A stretch of DNA of 64,000 nucleotides, taken from the NCBI GenBank assembly GCA_000934665.2, contig JYFJ02001774.1, positions 1-64,000 of the forward strand, given 5' to 3'. Numbering within the stretch: position 1 is the stretch's first letter; each line of letters opens with the position of its first letter. Shown piece by piece: positions 28,441-43,977 of this stretch. The notes under the pieces were generated by a model, which saw only the letters and a list, made by a program, of their open reading frames with translations, was not told the DNA's origin and made no database searches. Position numbers and translations under genes: made by a program. The stretch comes from Catajapyx aquilonaris (lineage: Eukaryota).

Positions 28441-31400
28441 AGCGCAAACTTTTCAAATACTGTGAGAGGTGTGCGGAAATATACTGAAGACTCTGGATGT
28501 CAACTGCCAGATGTCGTGTGTCTGAAAATGAGTCGGAAACAAATCATACACATTTTTCACCTCATACAATAAACAAACAACATGTGGCACACACTAGGCA
28601 GAGTGCCACATATCAAAATAGTTCTCTAACTTCCTTCCTAAGCCTGTTTGTTTGCATAACCTTGAATAAAAATATGGCCTAATCTGTTGAACAGGTTACT
28701 GATCATGCATGGCTACACAAGTGTTTTGTAATAAAATCCTTTGTGAAGCCCCCCCCCATTTGTAACTGTTGTAATGCGCAAAAGTAACGTTTGGAGTAAT
28801 TGTATACACAATAGTTTCGAGAGTACTGTGATCCCAGTATAATCATTGTCCGGCTTATCCGTCCACTGTGTCAATGACACTTCGCCTGCATATCTGCTGT
28901 GTACTAACCTCAAAATATTAAACATTCACCTCACCGAATCCTCACTGCGAATGACTGAAGTCCCGGAAAATGCCCACATCATGCACATGTCACAACAGCT
29001 GCCACACAACTACTTCACGCAAAATTTCAACATTTGCAACTTTCCTTTCAGTCAGTGAGAACTTCCCTAGTGTTGCGCTGTTAAAATTCCTTATCTTCTC
29101 CGTACATACAAATCATTTCCTCTTTTAAAGCTTGCGAGAAAGATATGTCCTTGTTCTTGCCAAGCTGGCTTACGAACTTCCAAATGGAGGGCCACTTCCA
29201 CGCATGTCACCCTTACGTGTGGGAGTGTGCGTAATGTCCTTGGAGGAAGTGACCAACGCATTCCAAGCAATTAAATTACAATCAGTCGTTAACTAATAAA
29301 AATCTCATCATACAAAAAAGAGAGACAGACCACTCAACTGCACAAAAATGTCACAAGTACTTGGAAATTCCGTGCACCGATTATTTCTAATATATTAAAT
29401 CATACCCACTTTAAAGAGCATTAAAGGGCTGACCTAACCAAGAAGGTCCTAACAACCCAATTCAAGTCCGCTGCCTACATTATTTACAACACAGTAATTA
29501 GAAGCCATTTGGCTTCATTAATCCACAGTTATCCATAAATTATTGTTGCTCTTTAGAATTTCAAGCCCATCATCCCAATAGCGACAACGTATTATCAGAA
29601 GTCCGTCTCATTGACTCTTCAGCCTGCTAAATATAGCACATGGAAATCCTCTTCCTGATATAATGAGCAAAAAACAGGTCAAAAATAATGAGGATCAATA
29701 TTTTATGCAGTCTGGACATCATTATTTGCAATATAAATTCAATCACTATTAGCTCAAGTCACCAGCAAAGTTGACAGAAATATGACAGCCCGGTTGAAAT
29801 GGTACACATACGTATAATTGAATAAATATTGATAGTAAATAAAACAGTGCACTTTCAGGGACAGCTTTTTAAAAGCATGGGACACATACAGAATTTTTCT
29901 CAAATATGGTACTCTTTTTTTTTAGATTATTAGTACGTTGTACGGCATTTACATTTTTTGTCTACGACTTCACGGCTGTCATGTTTCGGTCTTTGACGGT
30001 GGCAGAAAGTTGCGCCAATAGCAATTGTAGGCATCGTCCTTCAAGTACGTCGCTAACGATTAATCTTGCTGGAAAATTTGAGGGAACTGGCGTACGTTCA
30101 AGAAATTATGCTTTTTTCTAATAAGACCTAAAATGCACAGAGGTTTTTCCTCAAACATCTTGGTTTTTGTTAGGTGATAGTAGCTTGTACAGTATTTGCA
30201 ATTTAATTTTATTTACTATCAATATTTTATTCAAATTATTATTTTATTAACAATTATTTTACTTACTATTGTTTGTATTATGCATACAATTATTTTATAC
30301 ATTACATTATGTTATAATAATTATAATATAATTATTTCCCCCACATTTCCAAGCAGGATTATGCAGAATGTACGCCATTCCAGAAGCATTGCTCGCGACT
30401 GCGCCTCGTGTGGCGCAGCGACTGGCACCGTACGACACCATCCGTCTGACCGTCCAGATGCCCACACCAGAGGACACTTGAACCCTTCGAAGTGCTTGCG
30501 ACTTGTCCCAACACGACCCAACAGTGTCCATTCCTTTTCAGTTGTCCCCCCAGCCTGACCTTATACCAACCTCTGGGTAATGTCCTCTCTAGTGTCCCCC
30601 AGCCGCTACATGTTGCAGGCTCTTCAGATGACAGCCAGGATCCCGCTCCAAACTGTGCTGCTGCCAAACTATGCACTCCCTTGCTTCGTTTGCAGACTAG
30701 TTGTTTTTTTTTTGCACGCAATATATTTTTTTTTTGTTATTTTCGTCCCTTGCAAATCCGAATGGACTCAAATCGCATCGCGGTTCAATAATCGCAGCTT
30801 AGTTCCAAGTCGCAGTAGCGTTCAACCACAATATGCTATTATGGAACAATCCGCACAATTAATGTCTGGTATGTCGCACATTGTACTTACATAGCACAAT
30901 TCAGCACAATGTAGGCACATGAGTCCGTACACACCCGTGTATATGGTGTGCACATCCAATACCGACTGCTTATCATAATAGCGTTTATGTGAGTCCCAAT
31001 GTCTTGACTCCTCCCTTTGGGCAGAATGAATTTGCCAATTTTTTTTGCGCGATACATATTATTTTTGCTTATTAAATAAATTTTTGGCAAGATTGGACAG
31101 GTACTTATTGATGTCCAGAACAGTTGGGCTAACGGCGCCACTTTCGAATCAGGAGGTCACGTCAGCAAAGCAGCAGGGGTTATCATTCACACGGGGCCAA
31201 AGTGAACCGGACTTGGTCCAGACCCGGACATGAATTATTTTTGTTATCTAAACTGCACACTTTGGCCGTTATAGTCTACATGACTGTAATCAGATGTAGC
31301 AAAAAAAAAGCTGTACATACAATGACAGAAATCGCAATTGCGTGGCAGTATTGTTTTTATTATTATTCGCATAATTAATGGAACAATGACAAATTGACAA

Positions 31401-31977
31401 TAATATAATATATTTATGCATATTTATCTGTTATTACCTTGTAGTGGAAGTGCCGCTTTTTTCCCTACTAATTTTGGTTACTTACTGTACCACTTGTACT
31501 GTGATTGCCAATGTATGAATTATACATAGCGTCTACTCCTCATTGGCAGCGACAGAAAGATTTACTACAAGTTTCCACAGCATAAGAACATGATATTTTT
31601 CCCATTAAAAAGGCCTGCACCCTGAACAGCTAGTGCGTCCTTCACATATTTAGCTAGGTACTGTGCCGCAATTATGCTGAGTTCAGATGAGTCTGTAGCT
31701 GCCATCGATAACAATACATGAGGTGCACACCTGTACTCACCAGATCTGTCCGTTGCATTTTTTTATTATTATTGAGCAACTAGGGCTAATCAATTGTTAG
31801 TTTTCTGTGTACGTTCTATTTGCCTCATATTATTGTATACATTATAGTAAATTATAGCTAACACACATTTCCTACCCATTATGTTATTGGAGGCCCATTG
31901 CTTTGGTTTTTTTGCCTATATTTTCAAAACTTGTGTTTCATCTGATATGTTATTGATGCATCTCTTTCTCTTACTTC

Positions 31978-32171
<194 letters not shown>

Positions 32172-32230
32172 ACTTAGTAGTAGTACCGGTGGTAGTAGTA
32201 GTAGAGTAATTGGCCCATAACACCTTCTTA

Positions 32231-32385
32231 GGGCCAGTTGCACCGACCTCAGTATAACTTAGAACCTCGGGTATGACAAGAATTGCCATAGCAGTCATTG
32301 TTGGTCAACTTTCAACAATGATTGCTATGGCAATTCTTGTCATACCCGAGGTTCTAAGTTATACTGAGGCCGGTGCAACTGGCCC
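32231..32385. mobile_element. PIF/Harbinger (Tourist-like) MITE
   Basis: Near-perfect 155-bp palindrome running GGGCCAGTTGCACC...GGTGCAACTGGCCC, flanked by TTA on both sides (TSD). Confidence 0.85.
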
Positions 32386-32794
32386 TTAGAGGGGAACATA
32401 TTACAAAAATTGCAAAAATACAATAAACAGCAAATAATAGACACGTTGTTAAACATTTTCAACAAATAACTTGCAGCGGGAAGCATATACGATTCAACCT
32501 TGATACGATTCAATATGACGTCACGAGCGGACAGAGATGTCTTATTTAAAACAAGTACAGGCAGGATCATCAATAATGGCCGTCCAAATGTCCTCTTCAC
32601 CCACCATTCGAATAACACGTCTACATATGCAAAAGCCGCATGGTTTTAATTTCGCAAAAAAAATTAAATTGCAAATTGGCAGATCTATGGCGATAACATT
32701 ACGTCGAATTTCATGATAATTGGTTGGATTAACGTCCGCAATGCGTCTCTAGCGTCGTTTGAGAAACTAGTCGTCGGGGGTTGGGGGGAACGGG

Positions 32795-33181
32795 AAAGAA
32801 GAGAGAGAGGGAGAGGGAGAGGGAGAGGGAGAGGGAGAGAGGGGAAAAAAGAACAGTAAAAAAAAGAGAGAGAAGGAGAGACACGCATTCTAAAAAAGTG
32901 TTCGATTTTTCATTTCAACTTTTGCACGCGTGTGTGTCTGTGTTGTGCTGAGGAAAAGGGGAAAAAAAGGTTGGGATGGACGAGGAAGAGGATGGCCGGG
33001 CCAAGCCCCGGGGCCGCCCCGCGGTCGCTCAAAAGGACTTGTTGAAGGAGATGGATTTTTTTTAAAAAGGTCATTTAAATTTATTATTATTATTATTATT
33101 AAATCAACTCGCAGTTCCATACTGGGTGAGACACGAGGACTGAAAAAAAACACATCAAAACTGACCATAATACTTAAAAAG
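32795..33181 (+). promoter_or_regulatory. Probable promoter and first non-coding exon of the MARCH gene
   Basis: GA-repeat tract, a GC-rich patch (CCCCGGGGCCGCCCCGCGG) and a strong donor AAG|GTGAGT at 33181/33182, upstream of the ATG-containing exon at 38626. Confidence 0.4.
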
Positions 33182-33297
33182 GTGAGTAGTTGTCCGCAGG
33201 CTTCACGTTGAGGTTAAAAAGAATAATATATTTGGGTCGGCAGCATGCGTATGACCTTATATGTGATTATTTTGCAGGAATTAGTTGGGTGTATTAA

Positions 33298-33585
33298 CCC
33301 CTGGAACCGTGCCGTGCCTACGAGTATTACGGCAACCGTGCGCGTGGGGTCTTTTCGGACCCCACCATATTTTAATTTTTATTAATTATTATATAATACT
33401 TTTCAATGTATTGACTATTATACAATCATTCTTTGAACAATGCTTAAAAGGATCGCTAATTCAAAATAAACCTGCACTTCCTGTTATGTACTGTAAAAAA
33501 AATGGCAAAAGTTCATTGTAATTATCATTTTAATGCACTTTTTTCCCTTGGGGTCCAAAAAGACCCCCACGGCATGGTTCCAGGG
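33298..33585. mobile_element. piggyBac-type MITE
   Basis: TTAA TSD on both sides; TIRs CCC(C)TGGAACCRTGCCGTG; subterminal GGGGTCTTTT.GGACCCC hairpins. Confidence 0.85.
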
Positions 33586-36500
33586 TTAATTGTACCGGTT
33601 GTGCCTGTGACGAGGGCATGAAATGGACTCTTATTTACAATATATTGTTTTTACATTAATGAGCAATTACTAATAATAATAATTTGGGGGTAGATTCATC
33701 AAATGTCATATGTTTCGTCGTAACGGGCCATAACCATAGTTAATTATTATTTATTTTATTTTATGATTATCATTAGTTATTAGTGGTTACTACCGATTAC
33801 GACGAATAGTTATGCATTTGATGATTCCACCCCTTGGATCGTGTTGACCTCTTACGAGGCATTAGCAATGAGCAATTGTGAGGGTGTTGACGAGTGCATG
33901 AAATGTACGGATGGTCGCGCTGTTGCTTACAATAATTATAGTTTTTACAGCATGTTAATGCAACATTTCGTACACACGTCAACGATGCACGTTGATGTGG
34001 GTACGAAATGTTGCAGAACTTTGATTTTATTTAAACCATTATTGTTTTTACAGCGGGTTTAATGAAATTGGATGGGTTGCCACATTTACGAGAGTATGGA
34101 ATATGCACATTGCCTGTTGTTAATTTTACAGTAAAGAGCAATTATTAATTGTAGGAGTTGTGCCATTGACAAGGGTAGGAAATGTACAGATAATCGCAGA
34201 ACATTGACCTTTACAATTTATTTTTATTTTTATTGATTTATTTACCCGATGGGCCATGGCCCTTCCAAGGGGGGACACCTTTACAATTATTTACAGCAGT
34301 GAGTTTAATGTTCTGCGATTATCTGTACATTTCATACCCTTGCCAATGGCGCAACTCGTACAGTTATTTGGTCATTGCTGTAAAAATAATCGTTGTAAAT
34401 AACGTTCATGTTCTGCGACCACATTAACCATATGCAAATACTCTTGTAAATGTGGCAACCTGTACAATTGCATTAAACTCATTGATGTAAATAATTATTG
34501 TAAATAAAGGTCTGTTGTACGGTTGTGCCGATGACATGTACTGATGGTCGCAGATCATTGTTGTTAAAATGCTTGTCATGTCGGTTCTGTAATGAGCACG
34601 GTGGCTGCGGTAGTTCACACAATATGCAGGATCGGGTCTTGCTCTGAACATGTATGTCGTTATTAATTTTTGGGGGGATCAATAGTTGCAATTGGGACAT
34701 TTTCCTGTACTATTGACTCGACTGTTTACAATGTTAATGTATGCAATCGTAGTATTTTTACATAGTGCAAGGGATCTTTACTGAGGTGGCCAGCATGTCG
34801 AAGAATTCACTGTGGTGACCAAAACTGTCTGGGATGTTTGCATGATTAATTGGCAGCTACGGAAAGCTGACCTTCTGACAGTTTATTATGTTGAACATGA
34901 AATTGGATCCAAAATGGCAATTAATTTTCTTGGAGGCTGTGACGATTCAGAGATCGGATGGGACATGACAGCAGCTTGACCCAAGACTCAATTTCACAGC
35001 AATTGAAAATCAGCCCCAGCTTTTCCCCAGCTAATGATGCTTTCATGGGGGTGGAATGTTACGTAATTTGCCAATGAGTGTATTTTGCGGTTGCCCCGGG
35101 TGACAGCGAGGATTGTCACAATATTTTAATGACGGCAAGTACAAAAGGCGTGCTAGAGAGAGCTTGATCGTCTCTGGATTTTCGCTCGGCAAGAAACAAA
35201 CAGCCGAATAATTGATTTTTGGAAAAAAGTTTTTATTTACTTTTGACATTTTCAGGGGCCAGATCAATCATGCAGGAAAAACCACTGCCGCGATGTATTA
35301 TCCAGTCAATTTTGTGGATTATGTAGCTTAATGTTGTTGTTTTAATTGATGTAATTTGTCATCTGGAAAAAAAATTTCAATGCACTTTGGTTAGTGTTGC
35401 CATCACTGAAGTTTTTCCTCATGATATAACAATGACATAATCAATAGCTGTGGGGTGAGTTTTATTCGTGAAATGATTGTTTACATGATTTATACATGAG
35501 ATAGGCACTTCATAGTTGTAGCATAGTGTTATTGAGCGTATCAGCCAGAATCACTCTGTCCACTTGCAGTATTTATTATTTTTGTTGATTCATGATACCC
35601 TGTGATAGGGCAGAGCCCTTTCCCACCCGCAGTATATTTGTGTCTTTAAGTTTAAAATGTTGTCGAAAGTAATAACGTACGAGATCTTGATATAAGTTTC
35701 GCTTTGCCAATTGATGTAAACACGCGTCTTTCTTGGGAAAGCCAGCTGAACAATTATCCGTAATCTGCTGTAACTTGAAATCTGATTTTTCCTAGAGTTA
35801 ATCGTAACCATATGGAACAATGTAGAAAAGACCTGCTGTGATGCTACAGTTTGATGGTAGTTGTTTACCTACAATATAATTGGTGATTTTTCAAGGGCAG
35901 CAAGAAAGTATATAGTTTTAAAGAGGTTTGATTGACTCTTCGTTTCGTCATTTGCCTTAGAGGACACAGCTGCATGTGATGAACGCAATTATGCATTTGT
36001 AACGAACGTGCTGAGTGAACTTTCAAGGGCATTTATAGGATCTCAGGTTGAAGACCTGCGTCTTTCTCTTACTGTAAGTTCTCACTCTATGTACTTGCCA
36101 GGGGGGGGGGAAAAAATGCCCAAAAGACCTCCCTGACTTTTTGCCTGGGGACAAAACTGGCTTATCAAGGTTAAAAAGTGGGAGGAACCACATTATATAA
36201 GTGTGCTGGACATCCACCTTTCGCTAGGTCAGTTACAAGTCATCCCAACACAGCACATTTGGCTTGCCTCATTGCGTGGACCTGACGTATCGCTACAGTA
36301 TTGCACATTATGACGCTCTGGGTTAGTCGGTAGAAAAGTTGCGGCACAAAGTAAAATTTTACTGCCGTGAAAATAAGTGAAAGCCATTGAATATTAGAAA
36401 AGTTTATTGCAGTAGTAATTTTATAGATGCGTTACTTGAAAAAAAATAATTTGGCATTGAATGTGTGGAGCAATTTTAGAGCGTTGCGAAATTAAATTTT

Positions 36501-38714
36501 ATTGAAGTGATAGCACGGGTTTATGAACGTTGCAGTGCAACTCGTAGAACTGGCCTAGTTGGACATTCATAGTTTGTGCTCTATCCCATCGTAACGTAGA
36601 GACTATGATGCTACATGACTACATCATGGGTGAGTTTCCAGACTGGATCTGTGATCAGATTTATTATTTGTTTTACTCAATACTCTGTTGTACGACTGCT
36701 ATTGCTCACAAATTTAACAACTACAACTTTTGTATGTATATGTGCAAGATGTTATACTATTTCAGCATGTCAAAAATTTGCAGGATTTGTCATTTGGGAT
36801 AAAGCAGCGTTTCCTTTAAAAGCGGCTACTTATGATGACATAGGATTAACTCGTTTTAATGAAATGGCGCAATGTACGTTCAGGTGAATCATTCAGAAGT
36901 AGGACTTGCAATATACTGTATTTGACGGGATATAAGACGTAGAACGTTTTTTTTTTGGCTGAAAGTTTGTGTATATAAGTTCATGCTCAATTCTTATGAA
37001 AACGTTGAGATCTGACGTGGCCTTGGATAATCTAATTTAAAGCATATTGCTAGTTGCATACATGTTATTACAGAGGATGGCTGTAAGTTACTGTTACAAC
37101 TTTGAAGCCGCTTAAAAAAAACGAACCTGTGCTCTCCCAATCTTGCCATTTGTTTTATTAGCAAAGTATCAGTGATTGTCAAGGTTGTGCCGTCAATGGG
37201 GCAACCATTGAACGCCGTCAGCTTCTGAATAATGGTTTTCGATGCATTGCACTAGTTACGCAACCAAGGTGCTTTCCATGTAATGCCCATTTCATTTATG
37301 GGAAGAGGTCACAAGGACAGGGCAGGTTTGTTATATCCCATCCTCACGAATAAGTTATGTCACAATATGTTAATCTCATGGGCTTCAAATTCCCTGGATT
37401 TTTAGACGATGATACCAAGAAGTTTTTATTTTGTGCGCGGTATTTCCATGAAATATGCACACATTTCCTCCATGCCAGAAGTAACTTGAGACGTGTCATG
37501 TCGAATCTAAAATTTGCGCTAACGTATAGTAACCCTGTTTGGGATCTGTTAAAAGTTACTATAGCATTGCCCTAATGATCTCATGCAAATGGCATCATTC
37601 TGTTAGTGACGTCCACCAAGGAATTTGCCTTCAAAAAAAATTAAATGCAACATTTTTATTAGTTGGATGATGGATTTACACCCGAATACGTCGTTGCATG
37701 CCCTGATTTTATGTTAACTTTCGCCTTAACAGAAAACAACCTGTGAAGGAAAAGTATCCGTGACAAAAAAAGACCTAGACGCATTATTCAGCCTGTTGAA
37801 TATAAAAATGTACCATGTGAAACCGGTACTTTCATTATTCTCAATCACTTCCAACCTGGCATTCCCAAGGACACCATCATATCATGTGCCAGCTTCTCGT
37901 AGCTGAATTGCTGCATCGCATACGCTGTTTTTGTTCCACTATGTGTTGTCCTGCCAATGGTTTTTTGCTCATTATGTAGATCAATTATAAGCTCCTGGCA
38001 TTATTATGGAAATATCTTTCCGCATACAATACTTCTTGTAAATGAAGTTATAAATATCGTTGTTGGCTAGTGGATGATTTCATACCAACCGAGCATAAAT
38101 TGAATTGTTTGGTAGCTCGGGTCTGTATGATTTGTTTAAAAAATAATTACGTACGGTATGTTGATTACACTGTATGTGAATATATGTTGAAAGAAACAAG
38201 TATCGGAATATTCTTTAAAATGTTATGATCATATTTCTCGCACACTGTGAGTGTGCAGTTTCTGCTTTATCCCGCGTAAGGGTATAAACGAAGGTGGCTG
38301 CCCTTCATCCAAGTGAGGAGTTCAATGCATCGGGCAGTTTATGTTTGTCAAATTTGTTATAATTGCTGGCAGATGACTTCTTAAGAGCGTGACATCATGG
38401 TCGTGGGCCTCCAGCCAATATAATGACTGTACTGATGCTTTGATGAGAATAGTTTCTCTCTCTCTTGTGATTTCATTTTTATGGGGCTCGACAAAATTGT
38501 AACATTGATAATTTTGCATTATTTTTGCATATTTACAGCGATGCGAATTGCTCACATGTAAATGCGACCTAAAGCATTTTGGAAATTTTAGCTCTGTTCT
38601 AATTTTTGTTGCCTTCTTTCGCCAGCCCTGGATCGCATAATATTTCGCCTGCCGAACTGCCGCTCCTCTTCAGCAGGCCCAGGGTGCCGCAACAATCCCT
38701 CCTGCCCGGAGACT

Positions 38715-41065
38715 ATGCCCCTGCAGCAGATCACGGTCTCCCAGTCCCCATCCCATCAGCAAGGACGCAACAATGGGAAGGACCCACCGGAGAGTGACGT
38801 CACAGGACCTCCTTCTCTGCCCCCCTCATCAGCACCACCTTTGCCCCCTGGCGCCAACAACAACTCACAGACTCCACTGACGCACCAGCTCCAGGAGTCC
38901 ATCTACACTCCCTCGCCTGCCACAATACTAGGTTCGCTTTAATGCATTTTAATTACAGCATAATATTGTACAGTGGTACTAGAAAATGTTGGAAGGTCGG
39001 AACTCTCATTGGAGTCGAGACATCTCGGGTGTTACTGTGAACTTGCTGTAGCTTCAGATCCACTCCAGCTTCATCATTTTGTCCACTTTCATACTCGGTG
39101 GAAGTTCATTCAACCGGAGAATAGCATTGGTGTCACAGCCCTTTACTTTGTTGACTGTCATTGTTGAATGAACTGTAGTCTCTTCATCAGAAGATATGTA
39201 TTTTTTTAAATGTGACATAAATTACATATTTGACAGCATAATATGACACTTTTTCCCCCCAAAAATTGCTCAAAAAATCACCCAGCCTCTTAAGACATAA
39301 GACTCGGACGAAGTTGCAGCACTGAAATTTTAGCATTACAGATCTTCCTAGGCACAAGTCCAAATTATGACATGAAAGTATTTTTGACTCTGGAACCCTC
39401 TTTTCTCAATCTTCTAAAGCACAGTTGGCTGAGAACTGGAATGTCACTGACTAATTGGCAGCCCTTTCAGGTGGCATGATGATGGAGAGGTGCGGTTCCC
39501 AGGCGTCGGTTCTCTCGATGAACCACGACATCTGCCGCATCTGCCACTGCGAGGGAGACTCGGAAATTCCCTTGATTGCTCCCTGCTACTGCTCTGGGTC
39601 ACTCAGGTATGTGCACCAAGCTTGCCTGCAGCAGTGGATCAAGTCCTCCGACACCAAGAGTTGTGAGCTGTGCAAGTTCCAGTTCATCATGCAGAGCAAG
39701 ATCAAGCCATTTGGAGAGGTGAGGCTCGCAAAAGAGTCCATATCAAGCCTGTACATGCACCATTCACAATACAAAAATGGCATTCGTCCGATTAGGTTCA
39801 TGTAACACAAAATGATGCACATTTTTATGTTAATTGTACGTTTGAAGTGGGACTTCGTATGGGGAATTCGTGATCTGTTTCTCATTGAAGTCGCTTGTAA
39901 GGCGTAAATGGATGTGACCAAGCTTGGGAAAATTGAAGTTAGGAAAAGCAACTGAAGCCAGTTCTCAAAAGTCATTTGTCCAGAAGTTATCCGCAGATTC
40001 AATGGACAAATGGTGCTCAATCATGCTGTTGCTAAGACCAAATCCTGTCAGCTTAATGTAAGGCCTTACAAATGAATTGTTTACCTTTTTAAACGCTTGG
40101 GAGTCCGAAATGTAATGCCTTGGAACGCTTAATTAGGCAATTGAGAAATCCTGGTGTTTATTTATAATGTTTTACAGATTCATATCAGACAGTTAGTAAA
40201 ATGTATGATATGTTTATGCAAGGCCAGTATTGCTTTATTTCATCGTTGACAGGAGTTGATCTTGTTATACTGCCCTGAACCTGTTCTGGTGAATCTGCAC
40301 ATTACTCACGGATGAGGGACTCACTGCAAAAGAAGTAAAAAATTTTATGCTTCAATGAATAATATTTATCAACAGAAGTACTGTTGACCCTTCATATCCG
40401 CAGGGTATTGGTTTCACAACCTTCCGCAGATATATGTAGGATACATGTATAACCTATGCACATCCTCTCTTTATGCAATTATATGCAACAATTTGTTTCG
40501 TGGCATTAATGTATTTCTTTTTTTTCTTCATTTCCCTTGTCCATCCTTCCCATTCTCCTGCTTCCATTTTGCGTCCACACAACAGTGGGAAAAGCTGGCC
40601 ATGTCTCCCGTAGAGCGCCGCAAACTCCTGTGCAGCGTGACCTTCCATGCGGTGGCCCTGACCTGCGTGGTCTGGTCCCTCTACGTGCTCATAGACCGCA
40701 CAGCCGAGGAGGTTCGTGTGGGTCTGTTGGAATGGCCGTTCTGGACCAAGCTGGTAGTGGTTGCCATCGGTTTCACTGGCGGACTAGTGTTCATGTACAT
40801 CCAGTGTAAGATGTATGTGCAGCTCTGTCGCAGGTGGCGCGCCTTTAACCGTGTCATTTTCGTTCAGAATGCACCTGAGAAGCCTCCGCCTCCTCCTCCT
40901 GCCCCTGCTCCAGCCCCTGACCTGGCCCCTGCCCTGCTGGTCCCTCCCTCCCCTCAGCGGCTACCTCCTTCGCCGCCTGAGGACGAACCAGCCGAGGACG
41001 AAGTTTTAGTGCCGGTTTCGGAGCCCGGTTCTGATTCTCTAAGGGTCAGCCTCCCGGAAGTATGA
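38715..41065 (+). CDS. MARCH8: E3 ubiquitin-protein ligase, MARCH1/MARCH8-like (RING-CH plus two TM helices)
   Basis: Exons 38715-38931, 39471-39718 and 40586-41065. The N-terminus is MPLQQITV. The RING-CH reads CRICHC...[31 protein letters not shown]. The TM region reads [22 protein letters not shown]...[26 protein letters not shown]. Confidence 0.95.
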
Positions 41066-43521
41066 TGGGAGTTTTTTAAAAACGGAGTTTGAAGGGTTAG
41101 TTGTACAAGTGAATTTCCGGTGGATTTTTCTATTGGGCTGGTCTCAATAGTGGGGCGTTTTGGTATGGCCATCTGTGAGGAAGCATGGCCTGAATAAGGT
41201 GCATTTACGCTGCTTCGAGAACGGTATGGTTTTGCTTCAAGTCACAACCGAATTTAAACTGTGTGAAAGTTTTAGTCCAATTTTTATCAAGGTGACTTGA
41301 ATGTGACAGCAACACTTCTTAATAAAATTCGGTCAGACGGTCTACTTAATAGCCCCCTTTGTTCAATGTGATGTTCGGATCACTTCTGTATCTTTCCACA
41401 CAACCTTGGGCAGCCTCGTAAGCCAACCTGACCCTCACAGGATTGCCCCATAATTCCCCCGCTATGTCTTTGCATCTTCCATGTTTAAATCTGCATACAC
41501 CTGGTCGAGTCGCCAATTTGTGCACCTGACGTAATGAGAACTAATTGAGCTTCTGCGCCAGGCAATGTTATTTAATCGACAAGTGAACCATTTTGTGATG
41601 GGTTTGGGGGCCTCCAAGCTTATTTTAATAGTATTATTTTAGTGTCGTACTTATTTTACACTTGGTGCATCGAAGTTGTACAAGTGGAGCTTGCTTATTA
41701 TTATTATTATTATTTTTAAAGAAAAGTACTTTAAATGCTCCGAAAAGTCTTACCGTGTATTTTTCTGTTACCAATTTTATTTATGGTCTTATGCTTTTCT
41801 GTCAGATGTTTTAATATGAAGTTTCTCCAACCCCTTTTTGTTTTTCGTTATTTTTTTTTTAAATGTATGGTACAAATAAGGATGTTTTAAATATTTATTG
41901 TCATGGGATTATTCCTCTTTTTGTATGTTCGGATTCTTGAAGGCTGGCCGTGATTTGTCTTTTTTGCTGCTCCTTCCCTACTTTTCCAATGTCGATTGAA
42001 TAACAAACGACTTCAGTTCACGTGTCGCAAAAGTGAACACACAAGTAAACAGGTTTTTTTTACCTGCTTTATATGCATGTTGTTCGAGGGTTTTAGAAGA
42101 GAGAAAAAAAAATTTGATGACCGAAAAGGGTTGCTTTGTTGGCTGTGAACCGTTTTTTTTATAAAAATTGTAATTACTCAACTTTGCATACCCTGTGAAT
42201 ATTTAAAAAACAATGTGGTCATAATAATAAATAGTAAACAAATTCGTGTTTTACAAATAAGGGAAAAGGTGCAAGCCAAAGAGAGAATAACGTTGAATGA
42301 ATGTTAAGGCGAGATAATTATTGAAAAAAAAAAAGGGAGCCAAAGATAATCGCTGAAAAGTGTTTTATACACCGTCTGCAATTATTTATATGGTGAACAA
42401 CAACAAAAAAATAATAATAAGAGAAGACAATTTATTACTTACGTTATGTAAATAATTGCCTTAAGAGTTAAATGTGTTCTTACCGAAATGGGCGCTTAAA
42501 AATAGTTTGATGTTACACTTAACCACAAAGTTTGTAAAGGGGGAGAAGAAAAAAAAAAAGGATGGAGAAACGACACGATGTTGAGGTTGTGATAGTGGTG
42601 CTTGGTTTTTATTTTTTCATTATTTATTTATTTTAAAAGAAGAAGATTGTTAACGGGATGGTTCAAATTTTTTTTTTGGTCTCCAGACTGAGCGACTGAT
42701 AGACATAAGTGTGCATAAGTAACGTGTAAATTGTGTAAATTTGGGAGCGAGTGCAATGCGTATGAAACATGAAATTTTGTTGTGTGATAATTGCGTTTCC
42801 ATTTCATCACATTTTTTTTGCAAATATTAATCTGCCTCTTCCGCATAGAGGATATGACTTTAAAGTAAAGGCGACTGGATAATTACGGTAATGTACTTTC
42901 ATTGCAGTGTAATTAGTTGTTGGAAAATTTCCCACAAAATTCACTGCAGATTCCATCGCACTATTAATTACCCGACTGTGGGCTTTAAATTTAATGCATT
43001 TCCACACCCGATGAATCCATGTCCATTTTTAGTGATTAATTCATTCACAATTTATTTCCACAATGAGTGTGTGCGTGAGAGTGTGTGTGTGTGAACTCAC
43101 ATGTAGTTAAAGAGTCACTTATCCTGTAAATTGATAGGTAAAAAAAACCATATTTAAACCACCCCCTTTACATCTTACTCAATAGATGTTTTAAAAAAGG
43201 AAAAAAAAAAAATATCCAAGAGAAATACAACCGATTCTTCCTACGGGTTGTGTGGTAAATAGCAATGCGAATTTTGTTTTACTCCCCGACTGTTTTGATT
43301 AGTTTTTGCTATTTTATTGCTCCCCCTCCCCCCTTTCTGCCAGCTAAAAAAAAGGTGGGGGGAAAAAGTGTAGACTATCAAAATGAGTAAAACGGAAGCA
43401 TTGTGATTGTTGTTATTTACAAAAAAATTATGCATTTCATTCGCTTTAATTTTCAGGTGCAATTTATTCAGTTTCAGGTTCAGCCGTGAAATTCAACACT
43501 ATGAAAATATAGTTAATGGTC

Positions 43522-43666
43522 AGGGCGACACGGTGGCCGAGCGGTTAGCGCCGCAGCCTTCCACCTCTAAGGTCCCGAGTTCGATCCCCGGATCGGACAG
43601 AGGATACTTATGTGGATAGAGTTTCGATGGGTTCTCTCCGTGTTCGCGTGGGTTTTCTCGGGGCAC
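43522..43666 (+). mobile_element. tRNA-derived SINE (V-SINE-like), 3'-truncated
   Basis: A box TGGCCGAGCGG, B box GAGTTCGATCC, central TTCTCTCCGTGTTCGCGTGGGTTTTCTC. Nearly identical to the element at 52771. Confidence 0.8.
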
Positions 43667-43977
43667 CAGACTTCTAACATGCATATTTTTGTATGCGCTT
43701 TGGGACGTTGGATGTCCGTTACATGACACACGATTTAAATATTTCATACGTACGTCAAGTTTGAAACAATTGAATAATTACATTTCCTTCACGGGATATT
43801 GACTAAAATTTTGCCCCTGCAATATTCACCAATCGGTTGTGATTTAAATTAATCTTCAAACAGTGCTGTATTGGTATGCTATAATATTAATGCTATCATG
43901 TTATTTCATGAAGTGTCATTAGTGCTGTAAGTGTACTTGTAAAGTGTGTGACTAATCCCTCGAGACGCTTTCTTTTT